DNA of 64,000 bases from Callorhinchus milii (taxonomy: Eukaryota). A model generated the notes under the pieces. The model had not been told where the DNA came from and made no database searches. It saw only the letters and a program-made list of their open reading frames with translations. Each line of letters starts with the position of its first letter. Within the stretch, counting starts at the first letter, position 1. Location: the NCBI RefSeq assembly GCF_018977255.1, contig NW_024704742.1, positions 38,628,001 to 38,692,000 of the forward strand. Reading direction: 5' to 3'. Positions 12,335-22,957 of this stretch are shown here, in pieces. A program made the translations under genes and the position numbers.

Positions 12335-15300
12335 GTGAGCGAGGGAGCGGGCAGTGGGGGCGGGAGGGAGGGGCGGGAGGGAGGGGGGCGGCCACACACC
12401 CACCTGTTTAACGAGTGACTGCGAGCCCGGCCGGGCCTGAAGCCCCCCCACCCCCCCGCCCGGCCCGGGGGGTCGCGGTGCACCCGGATGGCGGGCGCTG
12501 CCATGTCCTTGAGAGCCCTGTCTGCACTTGCGCCGTCTCTGCGCTTTCGCTCACCGCAGCCCTGTCGTGGTGTCGGGGGCCGCGGGGGAGCCTCGGGGTA
12601 GTGCTGCCGGTCCTCGCGGAGGTTGTGGAGGCAGTCGCATTGTCCAAACTTCGTGGAGGGAATAAGAGGCGTTCACTGCGTTTTCCCCGCGCGCTCGGTT
12701 TTCAGGATTGAGTTTTTTTTTAAAAAAAAGAAACCCGGGATTTTTTTTGTATGTCTGTGTGTGTGTGTGTGTGTGTCAGAAGGTTTTCGTTGCCATTGAA
12801 AGATGCCGCCAAAAGGCGGTCGGTATTCATTTGTGTGTGCGATGCGCCGGATGCGAAAGTGGACAGAGAGGCGCAGTGAAGCCAGTGGCGGGAGCAGAGC
12901 GGGGGAGGGGGGGGGGGGGGAATGGAGTTAGAGATGTTACCGTCTTGAGTTAATACTATTGCGATTGGATTTTTGCACGTCCCAGTGTTCAAGTAAAATG
13001 CCGCGATTATGTGCATTTGGGGGTTAAAACCTTTTTTTTTTTTTTTGCCCGCGTTAGCGCAGTGCTTTCTTTTGCAACGAGTTGCTCCTTTGCCACCAGC
13101 AAGTGTGAAAGGCAGTAAAATGGCGTTTAGTGTTTCCATTATATGCACAGCGTTGTTCTCGGCGGTGCCTTCTCTGTGAGCCGTGCACTGCTACCCGGGG
13201 GCTGCCTGGTTATGGGAAATGGTGTCTCAGGTCTCTCGCAAACTTAACTCAAAGTCAAAAGCGAGAGTCCGATTGGGTTTTTGGGGGTCGGGTCATCATA
13301 AAACGATCCCTTGTTGAATACCTTTGAATTTTGTATTCTTGTTAAACGCCTCGTCTTTTTAATTCCCTCATAGCTTTTTGTGGTTTCGCTCGGTGCAGGA
13401 AGCGACTTCAGTACTGTTGTGTATAATGCTGGCATCTTGTATTGTGGGTTTTCAAAATAATTTTACTGCACGCTGCCTGCCCTTCTTTTCATTGCTGAAG
13501 ATAATTGCATCAGTTCTGCAAAATATTTAAAGAAAATGGGTGCACCCGCCGATTGTGAAGTGCATAGAAATTTTCAATATTGTACCTTATGTGTGCATAG
13601 TTTTTTTAAGGTGCAAGCTGCGTGGCATGTATTTGTGCTCTTTAAATGAAATTGACTGCTCAAATTGGACTAATACTCTGTATGTGGACTGAGACTCCTT
13701 CTACAGTGTAGTCATTGGGATTCGATCATGCCTCCATGACCGTCCTGTGCTACTTTATTCTGAGACTACTCATTTGAAAAATTACTAAGAGCACCCATTT
13801 CCTGTGGTTGTGAAATGATGGGAATTGTGTATGCAATGAAAATGTTATGGAGAAATTGGATTCGGTGCTGTTTTGAGTGGCCGAGGCCTTGGAAATTGTA
13901 TTATGTGATGTGTAGAATTTTCAACTTTGAGTCCAGTTTTCTGGCTTAGTATACTTGGGAAATGCAGGGTTGCTTGTGTAGAACTGGTGGAGCTGAATGT
14001 TCCTGTTTTGACCTTGTTTTGTCTTTTCCCCCCAACACAAACCTCTGATGGAACAGTTGAGCTAATTTCAATAAAATGGTTTACATAATCACAACTATTG
14101 TTCCTGTCTAGGCTAAATGCAGTTTCTAAGGTCCTTTTGGCCAGATTTTTGTTCTCTGTGGATTTGTCGGTGGTGTGTGTATCCAAATTTGAATTAAACA
14201 TTAAATTAAACGAAATACATCGGGTGCATAACATTACTGATTTACAATGAAATGTACACATATAGTGCCTTTGATGTCAGAAAGATTCCTCAAAGCGTTC
14301 TACGAAGCTGGGTGGGACCTGTGTGGCAGGGAAAATTTGATCAAAAGTCTGGTCAGAGGTATGTTTCAACTTGAAAGCAGCAGCCCTGATCTAAATCATC
14401 TTTTTTCTGCCCTTTTAGTAGTTTAAAGTGATTTACATTTTGAAGCTAAATGTAAAACTAAATTACTTCCAATAATTTTTAGATACTTCATTAAAATAAA
14501 CCATTTTATTGTGATGTTTTAGATTGAAGCTGGTCTTTCCTGTGTGGGGCAGGGGATGTGTTTTGGGATAATATTAGTCAGAATTAATAGTCAATCATTT
14601 CACTTTTGGTGTTTTGATGTGTTAATGGGTGGTGCTGTATTAAAGCACTATTCAACAATGGCACAGCAATAGAGTTAGATATATCAATGTAACTTGTCAG
14701 TTGGTGTGTATATTAGTGATTAAATCCAGGACTTAAATCCAGGACTCTACTTGGCTCCTGCAATGTGTTCTGCGGTGCTCTTTTTTTCATACAACACTGC
14801 AAGGCTTTTTATATTTAAAAAAAATGGTTCACAGGCTGTACATCAGAAGAACAATCTAACCAATTAAATGCTTTAAATAAACTCTTGATGCTGCATCTGT
14901 TAAATTTAAATCACAATGTATAAAGAATAGCCTTCCACTTGTCCATAAAACTGTTTTTGCTTGCATTCCTGATACTTGAATGCTTGGGGTGGGAAAGATC
15001 TGGTTACTGAATGAGGCCGATTTAACTTTTGATTTGGCTATTGATTTATACTTCACTGTTTCTGCAGAAAAATGTTTGTGGGTGGCCTCAGCTGGGATAC
15101 CACAAAGAAAGATCTGAAGGACTATTTCTCTAAATATGGAGAGGTAGTAGATTGCACATTAAAGTTGGATCCCATTACAGGGCGCTCAAGAGGATTTGGA
15201 TTCGTCCTGTTTAAAGAGGCTGAAAGTGTTGATAAGGTATTTGATCATAAAACCTTGGGTACGAAGCTGGATTCAGAAGAATGGTTTGATAAAACCATAT

Positions 15301-17798
15301 TTGTGTGCCAGTTTACTGAAGTGATGTTGAATTTTTTTAATTTCTTAATTTTATTCAGGTAATGGAAATGAAGGAACATAAGTTAAATGGCAAGGTAATT
15401 GATCCTAAAAGAGCAAAGGCAATGAAAAGGGAGCCAATAAAGAAGATATTTGTGGGAGGCCTTTCACCAGATACGGCTGAGGAGAAGATCAGGGAATACT
15501 TTGGAGCTTTTGGAGAAGTATGTACACAATATGCATGCCTTAAACTGTTAATTTCTTAATCACATCAAACTGTGTTAATGCTGTTTCTAGCAGTCTCTTT
15601 TGGCACTGCATTGAGTAAATGAAGCAATTTTTGAGTGCCCTGTTTGCTATAATCTTCTAAATGACGGTAGCTGCTCAGTATTGTAGTGGTGTATTAATTT
15701 GAAACTGCATTTGTAGCCGTGTACAGCATTCTTCCTGGTTGTAAAACATCAATCCTGGTTAATCTGAAGGCTTCGCCCAATACTTTCACTTATTGAGACT
15801 GTCCAGTGCCCAAGAGGGTTAATGAAATGAAGATCTAGAAGCCAGTATATCAAAGTTTAGCAGACATTTGTCAACTTTACACATTTAACCCTGTGTAATT
15901 GAACTAGAAATTCTAACAAAGTTATTTTGATCCTTTGATGACTTTCAGTGTAAAGGTGGACAATTAATGCTACCTCGTGTGTTTCTTGTGATGGAACAAA
16001 GCTAATTTTGGGGAAAGTAGGCATTGAAGCGTGGAAAATAAGACCACTTTTATAAATTGCCCCCTTTAGGTTGAATCAATAGAACTTCCTATGGATAACA
16101 AGACAAATAAAAGGCGAGGATTCTGTTTCATAACCTTCAAAGAGGAGGAGCCGGTGAAAAAGATTCTGGAAAAGAAGTTCCATAATGTTGGACTCAGCAA
16201 AGTATGTTGTACCATATTGATCATTGCTTGTGTGTTTTTAATTTCAATCCATAATCTGAAGATGATTGAGTGGGGTTTTGGCTTTAGGGTGGGTTTCTGT
16301 GTAGTGCTCACGTCGGTGTGCTGATATAAGATATGCAAGTTGTCCCAGTTTAGCACTTGTATTAAGACCTCAGTTTTGCTTAAGAGGAAGTATGTTTGCA
16401 GCAAGCATTTAAATGCATTCCATTTCCTTGTGCATTGCTCCTAATGTGGGGGGGGGCACACTAGATTTTTAAAATAAATTTAATGCAGTTAAAATGTTTA
16501 CAACCCAGCCCTTTTTAACCAAGGTATAATTGTGCAACCCTGTGCTGGAATGCTTTTTAATCTGTTTTATCATTGAGAAGCTCTATGGTGTGAGCCTTTA
16601 CTGGGATATCCGTTTATGGCATATTGACATTTGTAATAAATGGTGACTTCCAATCGTAGATTTTACTTTAACTTTTTAGTTCTATTCTGATTAACTGTTG
16701 TGAAACTGGACTAATAGATATTTTTTTTTGCCAGTGTGAGATCAAGGTGGCAATGTCAAAGGAGGTCTATCAGCAGCAGCAGTGGGGGGGAAGCAGAGGT
16801 GGCTACACTGGCCGGGGTCGTGGAAGAGGAGGAGCTGGAGGCAGTGCAGGAGGTATGTATATTTTGCATTTAGATTGATTTAGGTTGCGAATGGGTTTGT
16901 TCTTGTATGGTTCTAACTCCTTTTTGCACAAATTTCAGCCCCAAGCCAGAACTGGAACCAAGGATACAATAACTACTGGAATCAAGGCTATGGGAGCTAT
17001 AACTATGGTTATAACAGCCAGGGGTATGGAGGTTATGGTGGCTATGATTACCCAGCTTATAATAACTACTATGGATATGGTGATTATGGCAGTAAGTGTA
17101 CTCTAAATATTCATACAGAATGCATGTGCTAATCTTTAAACTAAAAATGCCATTCCATATTTGAATGCTGAATCTGCAGACTCAGAAATGTGGAATGACT
17201 TGCAAAAGCTGAACTAAGTGCATGTTTGATCTTGTTCTGCTGCATCCTCCCTGCCTTTTCCCCTGCCATGTTGCTTTTTTCTGCCAGAAGGATGGGACAA
17301 TCTGGGGTTGGCGGTTATAATCCGCTGATAAGGATGTGTGCTCCTGTGGGATGGAACTCGCCCTGCTAGTTCCTGCTGTGGCCTTTACCCCCATATTTGG
17401 AGGGAGTGTTCTATATCTGAACAGTGATCCCACCTAGTGGCCTGTGTGAGAACTGGCAAAGATAACCCATTAAAGGCAGACATGAACAGGCTTGAAATCA
17501 AGACAAGGTTGAGGTTCACAACCCATGCTGCAGCTCTTTTATATTTGGAAGTTAATCCCAGTTAGTCAAATTTCAAATGATCTTAAAACCTGCGTAGGGT
17601 GGAAGTTGGATACATGTTGGGTTTTTTTCACATCCAAACAATTTTTCCAGCTACAATGTGAATTCAGTTTTGGTGCATGTGAAATGGATGATTGAGCATC
17701 TTGTGTAAATGCTAAAAAAAAATGTTACAGATCAACAGAGTGGTTATGGAAAAGCACCACGTCGTGGAAGTCACCAGAATAGCTACAAACCATACTAA
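12027..17798 (+). CDS. HNRNPD: hnRNP D0 / AUF1, join(12027-12334,15068-15236,15359-15517,16070-16201,16735-16852,16939-17091,17731-17798), 368 aa
   Basis: Two RRMs ([38 protein letters not shown]), Gln/RGG and Tyr/Gly-rich region, C-terminus [22 protein letters not shown] and N-terminal [14 protein letters not shown] match HNRNPD rather than HNRNPDL/AB. All junctions GT-AG; frame continuous (1107 nt). Confidence 0.95.
15068..15236 (+). CDS. HNRNPD: HNRNPD exon, RRM1 first part (169 nt)
   Basis: ttctgcag|A AAA ATG TTT.. to ..GAT AAG|gtattt. Confidence 0.96.
15359..15517 (+). CDS. HNRNPD: HNRNPD exon, RRM1 end / RRM2 start (159 nt)
   Basis: ttattcag|GTA ATG GAA.. [25 protein letters not shown]|gtatgt. 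Confidence 0.96.
16070..16201 (+). CDS. HNRNPD: HNRNPD exon, RRM2 (132 nt)
   Basis: cctttag|[27 protein letters not shown]|gtatgt. Confidence 0.96.
16735..16852 (+). CDS. HNRNPD: HNRNPD exon, Gln/RGG region (118 nt)
   Basis: ttttgccag|[33 protein letters not shown]..|gtatgt. Confidence 0.94.
16939..17091 (+). CDS. HNRNPD: HNRNPD Tyr/Gly-rich exon (153 nt; equivalent of mammalian alternative exon 7)
   Basis: tttcag|[42 protein letters not shown]|gtaagt; length divisible by 3, phase 1-1. Confidence 0.93.
17731..17798 (+). CDS. HNRNPD: HNRNPD last coding exon (PY-NLS); exon continues to donor after 17827
   Basis: ttacag|[25 protein letters not shown]; donor CAG|gtatgt 29 nt after the stop. 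Confidence 0.95.
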
Positions 17799-18136
17799 GA
17801 TTTGTCCCTGCAGCCCATTGGAAGCAGGTATGTTAGCTATTCATTTAAATTATAATTTAATATATTTAACTTTGTAAAACTTGTATCTATATTTTGATAA
17901 TTAATTTACATACTTGAAATTTCACAGCACCCTTAAGTGCTTTTTTAGAGAAAAAAATAGTGACTTTGAAGTTTTAACGCAGGCGCTGTAAAAAGCTTTA
18001 TGGCTTTTGCCCTTTTAACAAATTTGTAAATTTAACAGGTAAAGTACTGCTAATGGGTACAAATAAAGGACACATCAAGACAAAAAAGAAAACTATTGTC
18101 TGCTAACTGACATTGTACCTTGTTTGTACCCGCCAG

Positions 18137-18243
18137 CGGGAACTTCATTGCAGGCCATGTGTCACCCTGACCACACGATTCTCACAGGCCCGCTCAATGC
18201 GGACAGAGTACGAGACGCTCGCGCTCTCGAATGCTGCCGTTTG
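18137..18243 (+). other. HNRNPD: HNRNPD 3'UTR cassette exon (107 nt, exon-9 equivalent, NMD-inducing)
   Basis: tttgtacccgccag|CGGGAACTTCATTGCAGG..GAATGCTGCCGTTTG|gtatgg; recalled as the highly conserved HNRNPD/DL autoregulatory exon. Confidence 0.88.
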
Positions 18244-18358
18244 GTATGGTCTCTTCCAACATCCTGTATCAGCATTAAAAATAAAATGGATACTTCAAGC
18301 TTTGCCTTCACTTATTTCTTGCTTATTATATTAATTTAATTTAATGTATTTTTTACAG

Positions 18359-19310
18359 GCCCCAGTAATGGTTAAATACGACTGCTTACAGAATAATTCA
18401 TTCTTCTATGGATACAGCTTGTCTTTGGACATTTCCAGTGTCTTAATATATTTCTAAAATTTATTAAATGCTTGCTTTCCCCATTTATAGACTTGTGTAG
18501 TAATTGCAAATACTCCATGAGCCAAATCCAGAGAATACCAGGGGGTGGGATCAGGGTTAATGGACCTTTTTCTACGCTATTGCATTTCCTCCACAAGGAA
18601 GATGTAACTTCATTAAATAGTTTTTATATTGGCACAACACAATTAGGCTACTATTAAATATGTATTGTTTGTGATGGTGCAGTAATTGGGGTGCTATTTT
18701 GCAGCTTCTGGAATTTTGGCTTATGGACTGTTATTGAGCATTTAACTAAATAAGAGTATTGTAAATATTTTGTCTGAATTAACTATCAATTTAAAACTCT
18801 AGGTATATATGGGTGGGTATTTAAGAGTATTGATGTAAATATGTATTTCATATATAGTGTTGTGTATTTGAATTTATATTAAATCCTTTGAATGACTGTA
18901 ACTCCCAACATCCAATCTCTTGTTTGGTTTCTTTTAGGTGAAGGAACAGTATTTTACTCCAGATAGAAGATTCATAGGAAGTGGTGTTTAGGCCTCTTAA
19001 AAAGCAGCATTTATTTGTTACAACTTTTATGTTCTGTATCATTTTTTTCCCAAGAACTGCTGCCTCAAATCCCATCTCCAAAAATTAAGTTCAGTTCGGA
19101 TTTAAGAAATATTGCTTTTATTATTTTATTCCCCAGTAGATGTGTTTTTCTATGTGACCAACTGCTTTTCTTTTTTTGTACATTTCCCCCCATATGAATT
19201 GTTGCATTGGATGCATATATGTTCAGTTCATTGTGATGACATTTAGATATGGTACATGTACCTATTGGATTGTTCAAGTTTTTTAATAAAACTTTTGTAT
19301 AATTAAAATG
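18359..19310 (+). other. HNRNPD: HNRNPD terminal 3'UTR exon
   Basis: ttttttacag| acceptor at 18357-58; AU-rich; AATAAA at 19285-19290, ATTAAA at 19302-19307, then GT-rich sequence. Confidence 0.75.
19285..19290 (+). terminator. HNRNPD polyadenylation signal AATAAA
   Basis: Canonical hexamer followed by tgtgtgttctt downstream element. Confidence 0.7.
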
Positions 19311-20219
19311 GCATTGTGTGTTCTTGCTGCGTCCCCTCCACTGGTGATCCCACGACTGAAGCTCATGGTCCTTTTTACTCTGCCAATTGATTCTTAATTT
19401 TGATCATGCTTAGCCTAATATTTGAAGTCAGCAGCCCTTTTGCATCTTGTTAACAATGAATCAAACCTTGGTTTGTGTAACTGCAAGACACATGGTGCAT
19501 TTATCCACAGGAAAGCCAATGCTCGTCTTCAAATAAATTATTGGTATCTTCTCAAAGTATGCTGCAATCCATTTGGGTCTTTAAGCTGTTCCAGCGTATT
19601 AATTGTTTTTTCACCTGTCTGACTGACTTTATGTAACCTTGAATGAATCTTGGTTGAATTTATTGCTTGCAGCTGTCTTAAAATGTTATGGAGTACCAGG
19701 GATTGCTGCCTATGTAATCCTTTCACTGCCATGTGCTATCCCATTCTTCAACAATTCTGGCACTAAAGTTTACAGTGGATTGTTCTCAACCAAAAATCTT
19801 GAGCTTTGTCTGAAAAGAAACCTATTTCAAATGGCTTTGTTTGAACTGGGTTCAAAAGATCATTGGAAGCAATGCAGAAAAGGTAAACTAGTGGACAATT
19901 TACAGGGCTCACATGGCAGAAAAGGCTCACTGCACCAATTCAGTTGTACGTGGGTGTTTCTAATACTGGTGTTAATTGTTGTTTGAGAACTTGCCTCAAA
20001 TGTGAGAAGCCAATTTAGGACAAAAATGCAATTTGTTGACAGTGCCTGCAATGTTGCATCTGTAGTTTTCAATAATCGACAATTTCAGTTACTATATAAA
20101 CTGACCTAGTTTCTGTTATGCAGTGTGCAAAGATGTCAATGCAATGTGCTGTTCTGTCTAATGTTACCTGCACATAGATCTTCGGTGTGATATGTCTAAA
20201 ATTACTGATCGGGTGTAGG

Positions 20220-20720
20220 AGCATAGAAAATCAGCCCATTGTGTCTGTTGGCTCCTTCAAGAGCAATCGTTTCAGTTCCACTTACCTGCCCTTTTCCCTC
20301 TTTCCTCTTTTAGCTGATTCTTTCTAAGGTATTCCCTCTTGAAGACTAGTCTGGATTTTGCCTCAAATACTGCTTCCAGCAGAGCATTCCATAATTTTTC
20401 TGGAAAAAATTCCACTAACTGTCCCACTTGCTCGTTTACCGACTGTCATAAATTGATGCCCTCTGGTTACTGACTCACCAACCAATTAAATAATTTCTCC
20501 TTATTGACTCTCAAACTCCTCATGATTTTAAACACCTCTATCCTGTCATCCCTCAAACTTTGCTCCAGCAAAAAGAAATCCCAGTTTTTCCGATCTCTGT
20601 TCAAAGGCTGAATCACTCATTCCCAGTATTCCAGAAAGTCTGCACCCTCTTGCCTTGACATCTTTGTTTGAGTGGAGTGGACAATACTAGACCATATATT
20701 CTAACTCCAGTCTTAACTGA
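20220..20720 (-). mobile_element. CR1 LINE 3' fragment
   Basis: CATAGAA tail and antisense CR1 3' motifs. Confidence 0.65.
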
Positions 20721-20927
20721 CAATTATATATGTTTAGTGTTGCAATGTAGCACAGGAATAAGACCATACAAAAAAAATCTGAATCCTGGGTCATTTCTCC
20801 ATAGCTGTACTTATTTAAAATCTATTGTCATTTTCCACTTATTCCCAAGGAAATTTCATAAATCACACTATTGCTTGATTTTAGGGTGATAATCAAATTT
20901 TATTATGGCAATATGCAGTTTGGTCAT

Positions 20928-21290
20928 GGGAGTCTTGTAGCTTAGTGGTTAGAGCATTCACAAGCGAGATAACCTTGGTTTGATTCCTGGGCAGAGTGAA
21001 GTGTTGGGTAAGTTTACTTTACCCACCTGTTTACCCAGCAGTAAGTAGGAACTTGATTGTTAGTCTATTGGTGGATCACTTTTCCGGGGGTCATCCTTCA
21101 CAAAAATGTCTTAGAGATAATTTGGTCACTCAATCCCAACTGTTTGTGGGTCACTGGTGTGCGCAATTGGTTGCTGTGTTTTACCTACAAAATATATAGT
21201 CGATTCACTTTGCAGTATACTGCAAAAGTGATTTGGGATGTTTCAGAGGTGAAAAGGTGCTCTTATCAAATGCACGGATTATTATTATTT
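20928..21290 (+). mobile_element. Older, longer variant of the tRNA-SINE
   Basis: A/B boxes plus extra internal segment TGTTTACCCAGCAGTAAGTAGGAAC..GGATCACTTTTCCGGGG. Confidence 0.85.
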
Positions 21291-21437
21291 TTCTGTGTAT
21301 CTGAATTTCTTGCTTCAGTCTAAAGGCCAGTTTTGTAATTAGAATGCTTTCTACAAGTCTGCATGTTTAGAGTTGTGGTAGTGTTGGTTGAAGGAAGATT
21401 GAAGAAACTGATGAATTAACATTAACTGACAGCCCTA

Positions 21438-21725
21438 GCATAGAACATAGAAACAGGAGTAGGCCCTTCGAACATTTTCTGCCACTCTATAAGATTATGG
21501 CTGATCTGTACCTTGAGTCCAATTATCCCTTAACACCCTGACCTAACAAATCTATCCACCACAATCTTGGTTCACACCATTCAGTCTTTTGGGGAAGAGC
21601 GTTCCAGGTACCCACTACCCTTTGGGTGAAAAACTGTCTCCTAATTTCACTCCTAAATGGCATAGCTCCAATTTTAAGACTGCCCCCTTGTTCTGGATTC
21701 CCCATCAGAGGAAATAGTTTATCTG
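21438..21725 (-). mobile_element. CR1 LINE 3' end
   Basis: FRSEIRRQFFTQRVVGTWNALP; (CATAGAA)n tail. Confidence 0.8.
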
Positions 21726-22657
21726 TATATTTTCCTTGGTGTTCTGGCCAACAATCCTGCAGATAAAATTGGTCATTCTGTTTGTGGGCTATTGCTATGC
21801 GCAAATTGACTGCTGTGTTAAATGCAAGCCTGCAGAATACACACTTCACCTAAATCCTGTGAAGCACTTTAGGATGCCCTCCTGATGCAAAAGGCACTAT
21901 TATCAAATACAATTATTATTTTTAATTATGTGATGTAATGCGGACACCCAAGTGTTGCAGGGAAGTCTGAGAAAATGTAATTGAATTATGTTATTCCCTC
22001 TTAGTGACTGTGTTCAAATCCATGTCTGTGCTGAAGTCTCTGATAACATCTGGGGCAGCAATTAGAGCACTGCATTTTAAAGAATCAGAACTATACAGCA
22101 CAGAAGGAGGCCATTCAGCCCATCGTGTCTGCTGGCTCAATCCCACTCCCCTGCTCGCTCCATAACCCTGCAAACTTGTCCTCCCCATCTCAATAATCTG
22201 AAACAGAAGTGGGGTAATCTGCCAGTTTCCAATCCTGCTAGAGGTGTGAATGTGGGTGAAGGCAGGATCAGATGAAATGGCCTTTCTCGTTTCATTTTTT
22301 GTGCTCAAGTATTGATTGTCCGTTGGAGGCTGAACAGCCCCTAAAGCAGTGGGGTCCAAATGTTTCTTGATTTATGCCTAAATCTATGTTATTTCTATGA
22401 TCATTTTATTGACTAACCGAAAGGGGCACCACTGCCCTAAAGCTCTATATCGTAGCATGATCTTAACACCTTGAAGAGAGAGAATGTTGAGCTGTACAAT
22501 AAATAACAGATATCCCCAGTCTGGGTGAAGGGGCAGAGATGAAAATGTCAGATATAACACAAGTTAATAACAATAATCCTTACATTTGAGTTGGTCTTCC
22601 TGCAAAATTGAATCAATAATGCAGAATTCCAACAAAGTGCATTTCAAATATAAATAT

Positions 22658-22663
22658 TTTATT
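22658..22663 (-). terminator. Candidate polyA signal of the VAMP8-like gene (second candidate 22405-22410)
   Basis: AATAAA on the minus strand ~150 nt after the stop. Confidence 0.55.
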
Positions 22664-22813
22664 GTTGAACTATTAAAATTTGCTTTTTAAGGGATAGCAT
22701 CAATACATTGCAGAAAAGCTGCATTATGTACAAGAAAGGTAAGAAGCTGGTCCATTGAAACAAAATGGAGGTTGAGGGAAGAGCAGGTGGGCAGTTGGGG
22801 GGTAGGTGTGCTC

Positions 22814-22957
22814 CTAGGTTGGAATGACCCCGGTAGCAAAGAGAATGATGAGGGTGATGACTATAGCTGTAATCACTAGGATGATGACCATCATTTTTGT
22901 GTTTTTCCACCACATCTTCCTTGCTATCTTGGTGGATGTTTTCTGAAATGAGTCAGC
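22814..22957 (-). CDS. VAMP8-like exon 3 (juxtamembrane WWKN + TM)
   Basis: ctatctgtttgcag|[50 protein letters not shown]. Confidence 0.92.
   Translation of the reverse strand, partial: ADSFQKTSTKIARKMWWKNTKMMVIILVITAIVITLIILFATGVIPT

Larger units (their letters stand above)
11340..13420 (+). promoter_or_regulatory. HNRNPD CpG-island promoter
   Basis: High CpG density; CRE-like GACGTCAC ~11397, ATTGG 11561, E-box CACGTGAC 11581, GC box, YY1-type CGGCCATTTTG 11619-11629, TATA-like TATTTAAAG 11642-11650. Confidence 0.85.

Noticed and set aside
11259..12711. Multiple antisense ORFs over the HNRNPD CpG island
   Set aside because: Expected in GC-rich, stop-poor sequence; low-complexity translations.
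12027..17798. Assignment as HNRNPDL or HNRNPAB
   Set aside because: KIDASK.EEDEG, VAMSKE and [18 protein letters not shown] fit HNRNPD best.
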